A stretch of DNA of 64,000 nt, from assembly GCA_039621445.1 (NCBI GenBank), contig CP154954.1, positions 23,262,954 through 23,326,953 of the forward strand, in the 5' to 3' direction. Position numbers and translations under genes: made by a program. The notes under the pieces were generated by a model. The model did not search any database, was not told the origin of the DNA, and saw only the letters and a program-made list of their open reading frames with translations. The DNA comes from Euglena gracilis. Taxonomy: Eukaryota. This document shows, piece after piece, positions 24,009-34,523 of this stretch; position 1 is the first letter of the stretch, and the number at the start of each line of letters is the position of its first letter.

Positions 24009-24589
24009 GGACTCCAACAAAGTACTCAACAAGGGTCGAAACCTCCAAAGAGCATTTTGAGTGCAACAGCAATTTTTGCAGTCTTTTCGCAAGTGGATAT
24101 GGCGGACTTATGATCATAATGGCGGGCCCTTCGCCCAACACCCTTCCGACCGGGGGGGAATGACATGGCACTAATCCGGGAATCGTCGTGGGTGTCTTTG
24201 GGGCAAAAAGTCCACATGTTATGTTTTGTTCGCTTCTCATGCCTTCGGTGATGATGATGATGTCGATGGATGGTCCGGGGCTGACCTCCCGGGCTGCTGC
24301 TCCAGGGCTGATCTCCTGGGCTCGTTGGGGGTTGGGGGGCTCACCCCTTTGGTTGGCATGCTGGGGGTTGCAAGGCTTGTTCTCTTGCCCCCGGTGCCAT
24401 CGAACGCTGCGGGGCTGTGTCTCCCGCTGCTCTGGAGCTGTGGGGCTTGGCATCCCACAGGAATCAAGCTGGTTTGTCAAGTAGAGAACTGGTCACGATC
24501 AACAGTTGCAAAGGAGTGGAAGTAGTCGATGACTCCAAACTGTCCTTTTGCACCAGAAATCTGCGCATCCTGCCAATTAGGAGTAACCT

Positions 24590-24690
24590 CGATAGCGGTT
24601 TAACTCGCTGGATTAAATCCGGTCTGACACCCGAACCTCGCTGGATTAAAACGGATTTAATCCAGACCGAGTTAAATGTCAAATCGAATT
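24590..24690. repeat. Small hairpin (MITE-like) element
   Basis: ttaactcgctggattaaatccg pairs with cggatttaatccagaccgagttaa. Confidence 0.65.
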
Positions 24691-25283
24691 AACTGTCCTA
24701 CGAATTAAAGCTACCCCCTGTACGTGATGTCCTGCGCCTGGCGACCAACTCTTACTCTGGAACTGCCAAACAACGCAAGTCTCAAGAACTGAATGAAAAC
24801 CTGGCCATCTCGCTAGCCCGTGCTGTAGCACGGCAGATGCAGTTGGCCGAAAGGGCCACGGACCGCATGATTCTGAACTCGTAAGGACACCATGCCCCCG
24901 ACAACACCCGCACCACCACCCGGTTCCCTTTCAAAGTCCCGGGGTGCCCGGCACATGCACACCAAACACTATACAGTCCTCCCGCCACCTTCATCTCCCT
25001 TCGCTTGGGCTTTGCCCTTGCCCTTGCCTCACCTCACTTCCGCTTTGATCTGTATATAGCCTTGCTCCTGAACACTCAAATCCAGTAGGCTGTGCCACTG
25101 GTCGGTGGACTCGGCTCGCCCCACCACCGTTGAGGGCCCAACCCCCTCTAGATAAGGCCAACCAGAACCAAAGTGAAACAGGTCAAGTGACAGGCAGGTG
25201 CAACGGCTCGCGGTGACCCGTCCCGACGGCCAAGAACAGCACGCCGACACGGGCGACGTGTGGGCACGACACGCGCAAGACAT

Positions 25284-25416
25284 GTGCGAGCCGTGCCCAC
25301 CGTGCCGAGCCGTGCCGGGCCGTGCCGAGCCGTGCCGAGCCGTGCCGAGCCGTGCCAAGCCGAGCCGAGCTGTGCCGAGCCGTGCTGAGCCGTGCAGAGC
25401 TGTGCCGAGCCGTGCA
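25284..25416. repeat. 10-bp minisatellite (ccgtgccgag)n, with an inverted copy at ~29281-29307
   Basis: Directly visible repeat; gcacggctcggcacggctcgcac at ~29284 is its reverse complement. Confidence 0.85.
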
Positions 25417-26160
25417 TGTGCGCACCCGAGAGAGGATGGGACATTGGTGGGCCCCATTCAAATCCAATCCTCCGGACCGAGACCACTGTTCACAAAGGAG
25501 ATGGCAACTCCACATCCACCATCAATTAGGGCCCATGCCCCTCGGGGCAAGGCAAGCGAGAATCGAAGTGAAGCAAAACAGTGACAGGCGGGAGCAACAA
25601 AGAACAGCACGCCGGCACCGACGCGCGAGACACGTGTGCGCCATGCCGAGCCGTGCCCACCGCTGAAAGGCGTCCCCCCCCCCCCGCCATCAAGGGGAGG
25701 CGTGCCCGAGGCGTCCAAACGAAGAGATCAGTCCTGCAGCCCCTGCCGGCTTGGGGGCGTTTCTCGAGAAAAGGCCTTCGATGAGAAAATGGTGGACGAC
25801 CCCCCCCAAGGGGGCGGACGGACGGACGGACGGACGGACGGCTGGTGAAAAAAGCGAAGGTCCGGACGGACGGCTGACCTTGTGGGCTTGGTCCAGACGG
25901 CTGAAGAAAATGCACTTGGTCCAGCTAGCCGGCTAGCCGGCCGGGTCTTTGGAAGCGCAGGCGTCTCAGTGCACGCGACTCTGGGCGGATATATACCAAT
26001 TTTTTGCCATGGCCGGTGTGGATGGGGGTGTCGTCCCCGTGACCCCCCCCCCGTGACCCCCCCCGTGACCCCCCCGTGACCCGGATTTGAACACCCCCCG
26101 ATTTTGGGGTCCGCAAACGCACGTGCTTCAATCACAACTGCTTTCAGTATTTTTTTTCAA

Positions 26161-26730
26161 ATGTCGCGGAAGCCGGAAACATTGAAGAGGAGGCCATATC
26201 CCCCCCGTGACCCCCCCCGTGACCCCCCCGTGACCCCCCCGTGACCCGGCCCACCCCCGATGCGCTCCAAGGTTGAGATTGCCAAGTTTTTGCTGACAGA
26301 TTCAAAGCTGGAACGGATGCGGGCAATTGCCCGTGGTGCTCAGGACAGCATTGGACTCCCTGCAGGCGCACTCACGGCAATGCTGGAGCGTGCACACCAG
26401 GAAAAACCGAAGGGCAGGGACTGGATGTCTCGTACCGTCCATTGGAGTCAACGACACATTGCAGAATGTGGCCCCGTCACCACGGTGGAGCTGAATAAGC
26501 ATCTGAATATCATCTGGAAGAGATGGGCAAGGGCAGAAGCCTCAGCGCAACAAAGAACGTCGAAGTTGGAGAAAGCTCGACAAGAGGGTGGGGTATGTCA
26601 AATCCCCATGTGCTTTTTTCCAATGTTGTCTGACAGGTTACAAATGATCAATCTCCAGTTGTTGCAAATGTGCAGAATGATTCAGACGTTATGGTCGTCC
26701 CAAATGAAACAGAGGAATTACTTGTTTTAA
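26161..26730 (+). CDS. Unknown helical protein, possibly the accessory gene of the adjacent Harbinger-like element; intron-containing
   Basis: ATG 26161 (MSRKPETLKRR), ORF SKVEIAKFLL...WKRWARAE, and a GT-AG intron at about 26588-26636. Confidence 0.4.
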
Positions 26731-27048
26731 TTTTTTTCGGTGCCAATCACATGTTAATTGCACAGGACGGTTATGAGTTTCGGGGGGGGGGGGATGCATT
26801 TCGTATTTTTTTGCACAATTTTTTCCCATTATTCCAAAAAACGCTTTTTCTGCGTTTGAGGGTCTGGCATTTTTTGGTACAATTGTTCCATTTTTTATGG
26901 AGCGGCACTTGTTCGATTTTTTGTGGTTCACCCATTTTTTGACCTTTTTCTTGATGTTTTTTTTTTTTGGGGTTCCCCCCCCATTTGGTTCGAAAAGCCT
27001 GTCGGTGAGCCCCCAAAAATTGGAAATTGTACCAAATTATCAGTAGAA

Positions 27049-28251
27049 CTCTCCAGACGTTGGGCAGTTGCATGGTGGAGGTTGACCCCTGCCACTTCCG
27101 CCAACCTGGCAACAGTGTTCCTCACTTCCCCCATCAAGGCTGGATTGAGGTTGAGGTATTGAGGTTGAGGTTGAGGTTGAGGTTGAGGTTTTCCAACCTC
27201 CATCTTTCCTCAATGTCACCTCAATGCCAAAATCCAAAAGGAAAACGACTCAACAAAGAGAATTGAAAAAGAGTGTTACAAAGAGAGGCAAATTACCTGG
27301 ATTTTTTCAAAAATTGAGCAATTGGTCACTTATTTCAAGTTTTTTTTCGGCACCCCACTATTTTTTCTTGTTTCCACCCACATACGTTGTAAATTGACAT
27401 AAAAGCTGTCAAACTTGCCTTTGAGGAAGGTTTTAGAAGAGGAGATGTTCGAATCCATGCTTTTTGTGAGTTCATTTTTTTGAATTTTGGACATTGAGGT
27501 GACATTGAGGTTGAGGTTGAGGTTGAGGTCGTTGACATTGAGGTTGAACTTTTTTTGAAATCCTCAACCTCAATCCCGCCCTGCCCCCATACCATCGGCA
27601 GCTGGAGTCAGGGTTTTTCCGAAGGCTGTTTGAGAAACAGAGAAAGACCCTGAGTCGGACACTGTTCCAGTCCACACCCATTCCCATAGATTCACTGCAG
27701 TGGGTTGATCTTTTGGGGGGCATATCCTGAATCTATGCATGAGACAATGAGTATCTGCGTCAATCGAAGTACAAGGGGAGTGTCGCAAAGTTCCAATGCG
27801 CCTCAACCCACCTCGGGTTTATAGCGTACTGGGATGGGCCCCGGAACTCTCTGTTTTTGTTTTCTGAAAAAAAATTGAAAAACAGAGAGGGCACCACCCC
27901 GGTGCTGCCTCTGACACGGAGCTGGCGCGGCGTTGCAGACCTTACCTGTTCCCAACTGACACATTTCTGGCCGATAAGGCCTACGAAAGCGTGCCCAACA
28001 TGCTCCCCCCCCTCAAAGAGCGACGCCTGTTGTCCTTTGAGGAGAGGGAGTATAACCGAGCGCACCAATTTTACCGCGATCGGGTTGAGCACGTTTTCGC
28101 TTGGATGAAAACCTTTGGTGTGGCCGCTCAAAAGCATCGCTCACCGGACTTGTTTGTACTTAAAAGCGCGATGCTGACCCTTGCAAACATCCGCAACATT
28201 ATTGTGGCGGTGCGGGTACCGTATGTCCCGTACCGGCCGGTGTGGCCGTGA
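27049..28251 (+). CDS. PIF/Harbinger-like DDE transposase core split by four non-canonical introns
   Basis: Exons ~27049-27132, 27589-27605, 27658-27681, 27743-27842 and 27896-28251 join in frame to ...NSVPHFPHTIGSWDTVPVHTHDNEYLRQSKYKGSVAKFQCASTHLGFIAYWDGPHPGAASD...FLADKAY...EREYNRAHQFYRDRVEHVFAWMK, with an intact D-D-E triad. Confidence 0.82.
27135..27583. mobile_element. MITE with 22-bp TIRs and 7-bp TSD (CCCCCAT), forming the first reconstructed intron of the transposase
   Basis: Left end CAAGGCTGGATTGAGGTTGAGG; reverse complement of right end CAGGGCGGGATTGAGGTTGAGG; CCCCCAT at 27128-27134 and 27584-27590. Confidence 0.85.
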
Positions 28252-28329
28252 TTTCTTCCTTTTTTCGTCAAAAAAAGCCCCCCCCACCCCGCAGCTGAAA
28301 AAGTGCAAAATAAAGGGCATATGTCTGAA

Positions 28330-28405
28330 CATCGTCAGTGTAGTTCAGAGGTCGAAGCACAGGTCGACGTCTCTGTAGACACGGGTTCGAATCCCGGTCG
28401 TTGGG
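28330..28405 (+). ncRNA. Degenerate tRNA-like (Pol III A/B box) sequence
   Basis: A-box-like TAGTTCAGAGG at 28341 and T-arm CGGG-TTCGAAT-CCCG at ~28382; acceptor stem is poor. Confidence 0.45.
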
Positions 28406-28475
28406 GGCGACTTCCTATTTTCTCTGAGGCGGCAAAAATAATTTTCATAAAAGTACACGGAGAGGAATGATATCA

Positions 28476-28547
28476 CCCCCCGTGGCATAGCGGTCGTGTG
28501 GTTAGCGTGTGACCGGTAGGTCGCGGGTTCGAATCCCGCCGGGGGGC
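28476..28547 (+). ncRNA. tRNA-like cloverleaf with non-canonical anticodon loop (pseudo-tRNA or SINE head)
   Basis: Acceptor stem CCCCCCG/CGGGGGG, A box TGGCATAGCGG, T arm GCGGG-TTCGAAT-CCCGC, 72 nt long; the anticodon loop lacks U33. Confidence 0.65.
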
Positions 28548-29264
28548 AACTTCGTGTTTTTCCTGATTTGACGCGACGAGTAGAGGGAAGCCGTGACTGC
28601 TTTTCGGAAAGGAAGGAAAAATTTTTTTTGGTCCGGCCGGCTGGCAAGACAGACATTGGTCCGGCTTGATGGACGGCTAGCGAAAAAATGCTTCGTCCGG
28701 ACGGACGGCTGGACGTCCAGCATTGGTCCGGCTGAAGAGGTCCGGACGGCTCGGACGGCTAGCCGGCCAGCCGCCCCCCAAAGGAGGCTAGGCGCGCCGC
28801 TCGGGGGGGGGGGGGGGGGCCGGGCCCCCCCACTCCCCCCGCCCCTACGCGGCCGCGGCGCCCGCTCGCCCCCCCCCCCCCCCTCCCCCAACCCCGTGAC
28901 CCCCCCCCCGTGACCCCCCCCGTGACCCGAACCACCCCCCTTGAGAAGAGCTTTCCATTGAGGGGCAACGGAAGCAAATACCCTCAAAAACAGAGTTTTA
29001 GATAGATTTCAGGCTTTTTGAAAGATTTTTTTATCCACATTGGCATTGCACACTGCCTTGCCATCTTCCTTGAAAAAATGTTCCCAACCCCGGGACATTT
29101 CTTCTTCCTATAACGAAAAAGAAGCGAATAACTGGGGGGGGGGTCACAAGCGATTAACCGTTATTCAATTAACCATGGTTAATTGCCCCCCCCCCCACAA
29201 ACGAACGATTAATTGGGGGGGGTTACAAGCGATTAACCGTTTTTTGATTAACCATCCAACCTTG

Positions 29265-31712
29265 GATGAAACCACATGCCGGAGCACGGCTCGGCACGGC
29301 TCGCACCGGGGTCGTCCAACTTTGGAGGCTAGGCACAGCGGGGGGGGGGGGGCGAGCGGCCGCGCGGGCGGCCGCGCGGGGGGGGGGGGGGGGGGGGGGG
29401 CCGAGGGCGGCCCCGGGGGGGGCGCGCATCCTAAAATCGGTAATTTTCGGGTCCAAAAAGTGGTCATTTTTTGCCATTTTTGGGCCATTTTTGACCAAAA
29501 AGGTGCTTTTTTGGTCGCGTGCACAGCGCGCGGCCCCCAAATTTGCCATTTTATGTCCGAAAATGGTCATTTTTGGTCATTTTTGGCCTCAAAAAAGTCG
29601 CGATTTTTCATTAAAATTTTTTTATTGGCTATGCTAGGCACAGGGAACACCACATTTTTGGTGGCAAAATTAGGAATCACCGAGCCTAAATTTTTGGGAA
29701 AAATTTCCACAAATTAGGAATCCCCACCAAATTAGGAATCACCAAGCCCAAATTTGAAAAATTTACGCCTCAAAATTAGGAATCTGCCTGAGAACTTTAT
29801 CAAATTAGGCATCACCGGCCAAATACCCAACAAAATTTCGCCGAAAAGGGTCCTTGTTCAGGTCACGGGGGTCACGGGGAGAACACCCCCAAGGGTTTTC
29901 GACAGATGGCCATAGAATTCAGCCACAATACACACCGTGCTTATTTTTCAGTGATTGTTTATTCCAGAATTTCACATATTAATTAGAGAAATCCCACCCT
30001 TCAAGCACCATACAGCATGGGGGATGCATGGTGTGGGCACAACACCATGACCCCCCCCCCCTGTACCTGAACATCGGTGGACCCGGGACCCCCCCCCCAC
30101 AAACTCGTTTGGTCCAATTGAGTTCGCTACTTGACAAGGGGGTCCCGCGGGACCCCCCCCCCCCCTGTGCATGGGCCCACTTCGGGGGTGCTACCCCCGT
30201 GACCCCCCCCCGTGACCCGCCCGTGACCCGAGAATCGAGCCTTCGATTTTCATACAATGCATCAACCTTCATCACTTCAGCCTTTCTTTTCATTCATCAT
30301 TTCAGCCTGCTTTTTTATGTAGGTGGCGGTTTTGGTCGCTTTTCATCAATTTTCTTGTTCAAACCATCAAAAATTTGCCTTGACATGGTCTAAAAATGGA
30401 AAGAAATGCCAAGATTTGAGGTGAAAAAAATTTCGACCCAAACAATGGCGCTTCTTTGCCGTATGAATTTGACCGGCTCATTGCGGGAAATTGGTGATGC
30501 ACTTTTTGGTGGTCGCTAGCGACCAGTCGCTAGCGACCAAGTCTACTGACCATTGGTGGTCGGGCCGACCACCAATTTTAAGTTTACCCTCCCTCAAAAA
30601 GTTTTTAAGCCACCCCTCGAAAAAAAATCATTCAAATTTGCAGCAGCCCCCCCCCCCCGGAGGAGGCCATAGGGAGCGCAATTCGGCCATCCTTGCCTTC
30701 CACACATTGCAAACTAACCCCGAAAATTAAACCCCGAATGGAGGTGGGGTGGACTTAAAATTGGTGGTCGGAGCGACCAGTCGCTCCGACCACCAATGGT
30801 CACTAGTGACTAGTCGCTAGCGACCCTAGCGACTAGTCGCTAGCGACCACCAAAAAGTCCATCACCAATTTCTCGCTCGGGGCCAATTTGACGCAAAACA
30901 TTGGCAAAAGGGAGATTGCGCAAGTAGGAAAGAATTTCATCGCAAAAAGGGGGAGAAACATGGATTTTTTTGTGGAAGAAACCCCCCCCAAAAAACAGAA
31001 ATAATTGTCCTCACCCCACCTTCCATTTGGACAACCAAACCCCTTTTTGGCACCCAACGTCCAATGCACCTCCACACCCAAAAATGGCCAAAAATCTTGT
31101 CCCCTAAAAAAGTGCCAGAAATTGCTGCATTTCTGCAACGAAAACAGAATTTTTTGGCTAATTTTTTCCCCCTTCAAAATAGCCATTTGGGCCATTTTTT
31201 CAAAAATGGCCCAAAATGCATCCCAAAAAATGTAACGGTCAATAAAATCCTGAAAAATTCCTTTTCAAAAAAATGAAAAAATGACCAATTTTGGACATAA
31301 AAATCACCCAAAAATGACCACTTTTAAACCAAAAGGCATTTTTCTTGTTCAAAAATAGCCCAAAAATGGCCAAAAATGATTACTTTTTGGGCCCGAAAAT
31401 CACCGATGCGTGCCGCCCTTCTCGTGATGGGATGCAACAACATGGATGCTGCCTCCCGACCACCTCCAAAGTGGCATACTTCCCCCGTGACCCCCCCCAT
31501 GACCCCCCCCCCTTGACCCCCCCGTGACCCGCACCACCCCCTTCAATTGCAGCTGCCCCATTGGCATCGTGTCTCATCGTGATCTGAGGGTGAGACAATG
31601 GGAGCACCAAGGAATCATTCAACCAAGGCCTAGAATTAAAATTTTTGGGATGAGAGCTCTTGTGGCGGCTGACGGTGTCACTGATGCCCATGCCATGGCA
31701 TGTGGTTTCATC
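29265..31712. mobile_element. Foldback/TIR element with nested inverted repeats
   Basis: gatgaaaccacatgcc (~29265) pairs with ggcatgtggtttcatc (31697-31712); an inner ~140-bp inverted repeat pairs 29421-29570 with 31281-31414. Confidence 0.7.
30475..30884. mobile_element. Mutator-like MITE (~60-bp TIR, 9-bp TSD)
   Basis: gaaattggtgatgcactttttggtggtcgctagcgac pairs with gtcgctagcgaccaccaaaaagtccatcaccaatttc; flanks are AATTTGACC and AATTTGACG. Confidence 0.8.
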
Positions 31713-34523
31713 TGGCTTGCCAGATGAAACAGGGTTGGGCAATTAACCGTCATTTTTCAGGTCAAGCGATTAACCATGGTTAATTGGGGGTCGGGCGTCG
31801 ATAACCAATTTTCGATTAACCGTGCCTTTCCCTCGATTAATTTCGATTAACCGCCACTGGATCGTTTTTTCCCCAAAAAAAGCAAAAGTCATTTGCCTTT
31901 CTGGCTTACTTCCTCACTCCACAATCTCGGCCAAGGACAAAATTTGGCGTCCAGAAAATGTGGTATCCCCCACAAAGTGGCCACCCTCCAGGCAGCTTGG
32001 GACCCCGAAATGGCCACTCTGGGGGAGGGGACACTTTGGGGGGGGGGGTCAATTTTCGGGCTCAAGCGCCTTCGACGCCAAAAGAAAGCGGCCACTTTGG
32101 GCGGGGTATACAAAATTTGGCAAAACATTTTGAGGGGGGGGGTGAGGGTTTGTGAAAACTTTAATCGGCATAATTTTTTCCTGAGAGGGAGGGCTTAAAA
32201 AAAAAACTTATGGGGGTGAGGACTGTGTTGGGCTCAGATCGACTTAGTCGGCTCGATCGCCCAAAGTCGACTCGACAACCTGTGCCCAAACGGAGCGAGT
32301 CGATTCAACTACCCCTTACTCTTGAGTACAAGTGGTGGGTGAGGGGGGTTTGGCGGGGGTTTGGCGGAAATGTGACGGACATTTTTCCTACTTTAAGCAC
32401 TGTAACCCCCCCCCCAAATGCAACCCCCCTCCAGTTTTATATTTGGGCAGAAATTTCAAGACCCCCACGGGGGTTTTATATTTTTTATATTCGGTTGGAA
32501 AAATCAACTTCTTGGCGGGATCCAATAGTCACTTTTTCACAAATAAGCCCACCCTTGGGGGGTCCAAAAATTTTATTTTCCGGGTGAAGGAGCAATTTTC
32601 ACACGTTTTTGGTAAAAACTGCTCCCAAATCTGCCAAAAATCACAATTTCAGGAGAGATTTTGTCGAATTTTTTTTCTTCCGGCGCGAAGCGAAGGAGGG
32701 GGGGTTATATTCGGGCGGGATTTCAAGGTCCTCGGGGGGGGGGGCATATTTGGGGGGAGGTTGTATTTGGAGGGGGTTTTGCATTTGGGGGGGGGGTTTC
32801 TCGGTTTTCTGACCATATGTTGCTGTCCCCCCCACCAAAAAAAAACTCTTGGATCCACCGCCTTTGGAGGAGTTTAGCTCTTTCATGTCCCTGACAGGTG
32901 CGCAATGGTGGGCAGGTCCTGGGGCCATGGCGGTTTTTAAGTCTTGTGCACCAGGTGGAACAGGGGGGGGGGAGGCTCCCCCCCAGTCTACCGTTTGCCA
33001 CTGGGGGGGGGGGCATGGTATTCAGATCAAACATCTGCGGAGAAACCAGACACTTGTGAAACAGAAACTTGTCTGGCAAAGGCAATTATTTTCAGAAAAT
33101 TATCAACTGTTTTGAGAAAAATGGCAGTTGTTTGGAGAGAATTGGCAGTTAATTAGAGATAATTGACCGGTTAGAGTTGAGAAACGTGGCAATTATTTTG
33201 GTTATGTCAAATTCTTGCAAAAGTTTGGTGAAACATTTGAAAAACAGCGTACTCCCGCTGTGCCCTCACCCCCCAGATTGCCCCCCCCCCCCAAATTGAC
33301 CGTTTGGGTTTTGGGAGGTGCCAGCTTTGTTCTCAAAAATTCACCGTGCAAAGGGGGGTTGGTACGCCGTGGCGGGGGGGTCCAAAGGGGGGGGGGAGGG
33401 GGGTTAATGGCGTGGGGGGGGGGGCGGCGCCCGGGGGGGGGGGTGTACCATGGCTTCCAACAAAATTTTCGTTCAATAAATTTGCGAAAATCCCCGGAGG
33501 CGTGGTGAGGGGTACGGCTAGGGGGGGGGAGCCCCAATTGGGCCGTGGGGGGGTGCAAGGCCGCCCAAGGGGCGGCCAAGTTGGGGGGGGGGGTGAGGGT
33601 ATTCAGTTTTTCGCGCAAAATCCCTGGGGGGGGGTATAATTGGGGGAGATATTATTCAGTGGCTTTTCTTCAGCAGTGGTTCAATCGTTTCTTTAAAAAA
33701 AAGTGTTCGCCCATTTAAAAAAAAAACTGGCAGCATCTGCAAAAAAAATTGGAATACTGTGCAAAGAAATTTGCCACTGTTTGCAAACAAAATGACAGGA
33801 AGTGCAAAAAGACAGTGATTTTTTCCAGGCTTGTGCATGCGCATGTGTGTGTCAGGGGGTCCGTAAGAAAATGGGGGGGAATCCTGCTGTCCCAGCACAT
33901 CTCAGGGTTGACTTTTTTTTTAAAAAAACAAGTTTTTTTTTCAAAAAAAAACGCCAAAAAAAAAACATGTTTTTTTCAAAAATCAAAATTTGACTTTTTC
34001 CCTTGCGAAATGGCCATTTTTTGAGGAAAAAAAAAGTTCTAAAGTCATTTTTTTTGGTCATCAAAAAGTGACGTTTATTTTTGATTATTATTATTATTAT
34101 TCCAGACCCTTCATCCTTAAACGATGTGGTTGGTAAGGCGTCACACATGTCAAAACAAGCACCCTTGACGGAATACGAAGGTGCAGAGATAAAAAAAGAC
34201 CTTTTTTTTCTTCACAAAAAAAACATTTCAAAAAAATTCTACAAACCCTCCATGACATTTTTTTATTCTTTTATTTTTTTTAAAAAAAGCCATCAACCTT
34301 GGCACATCTGTCAAGCAATGGGGACAAGTCGATTGGGCGGTCGGGTCGACTAGTCGGCCCGACTACCATGCCCCCCCCTCCCCCGAGCTGCCCCCCCCCC
34401 CCGAGCTACTCCCATAGGGGGGACGGGAATAGCTCACTGTCATAGCACTTTTTACAAACAGCAGTACTTTTTTTGACAACGTATTTGCAACTTTTTGTTA
34501 CCTACAGACATTCTTGGCACAAA

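Larger units (their letters stand above)
19178..24532 (-). mobile_element. CRE/SLACS/CZAR-like RLE non-LTR retrotransposon, near full length; boundaries inferred from a ~28-bp flanking direct repeat
   Basis: RT-CCHC-RLE ORF, 5' tandem repeats, and direct repeat 19143-19177 / 24533-24560. Confidence 0.75.

Noticed and set aside
24008-24532. HDV-like ribozyme or spliced-leader exon at the CRE 5' end
   Set aside because: I could not build the nested pseudoknot or recognise an SL sequence by eye; an Infernal/RNArobo search would be needed.
26861-27048. Fifth hairpin intron upstream of the transposase core
   Set aside because: Paired ends exist (tttggtacaatt/aattgtaccaaa), but removal in the standard register leaves an in-frame stop, so the exon structure is unresolved.
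28476-28547. Functional tRNA-Thr(CGT)
   Set aside because: The anticodon loop lacks the conserved pyrimidine-U33 and purine-37, and the D arm is weak.
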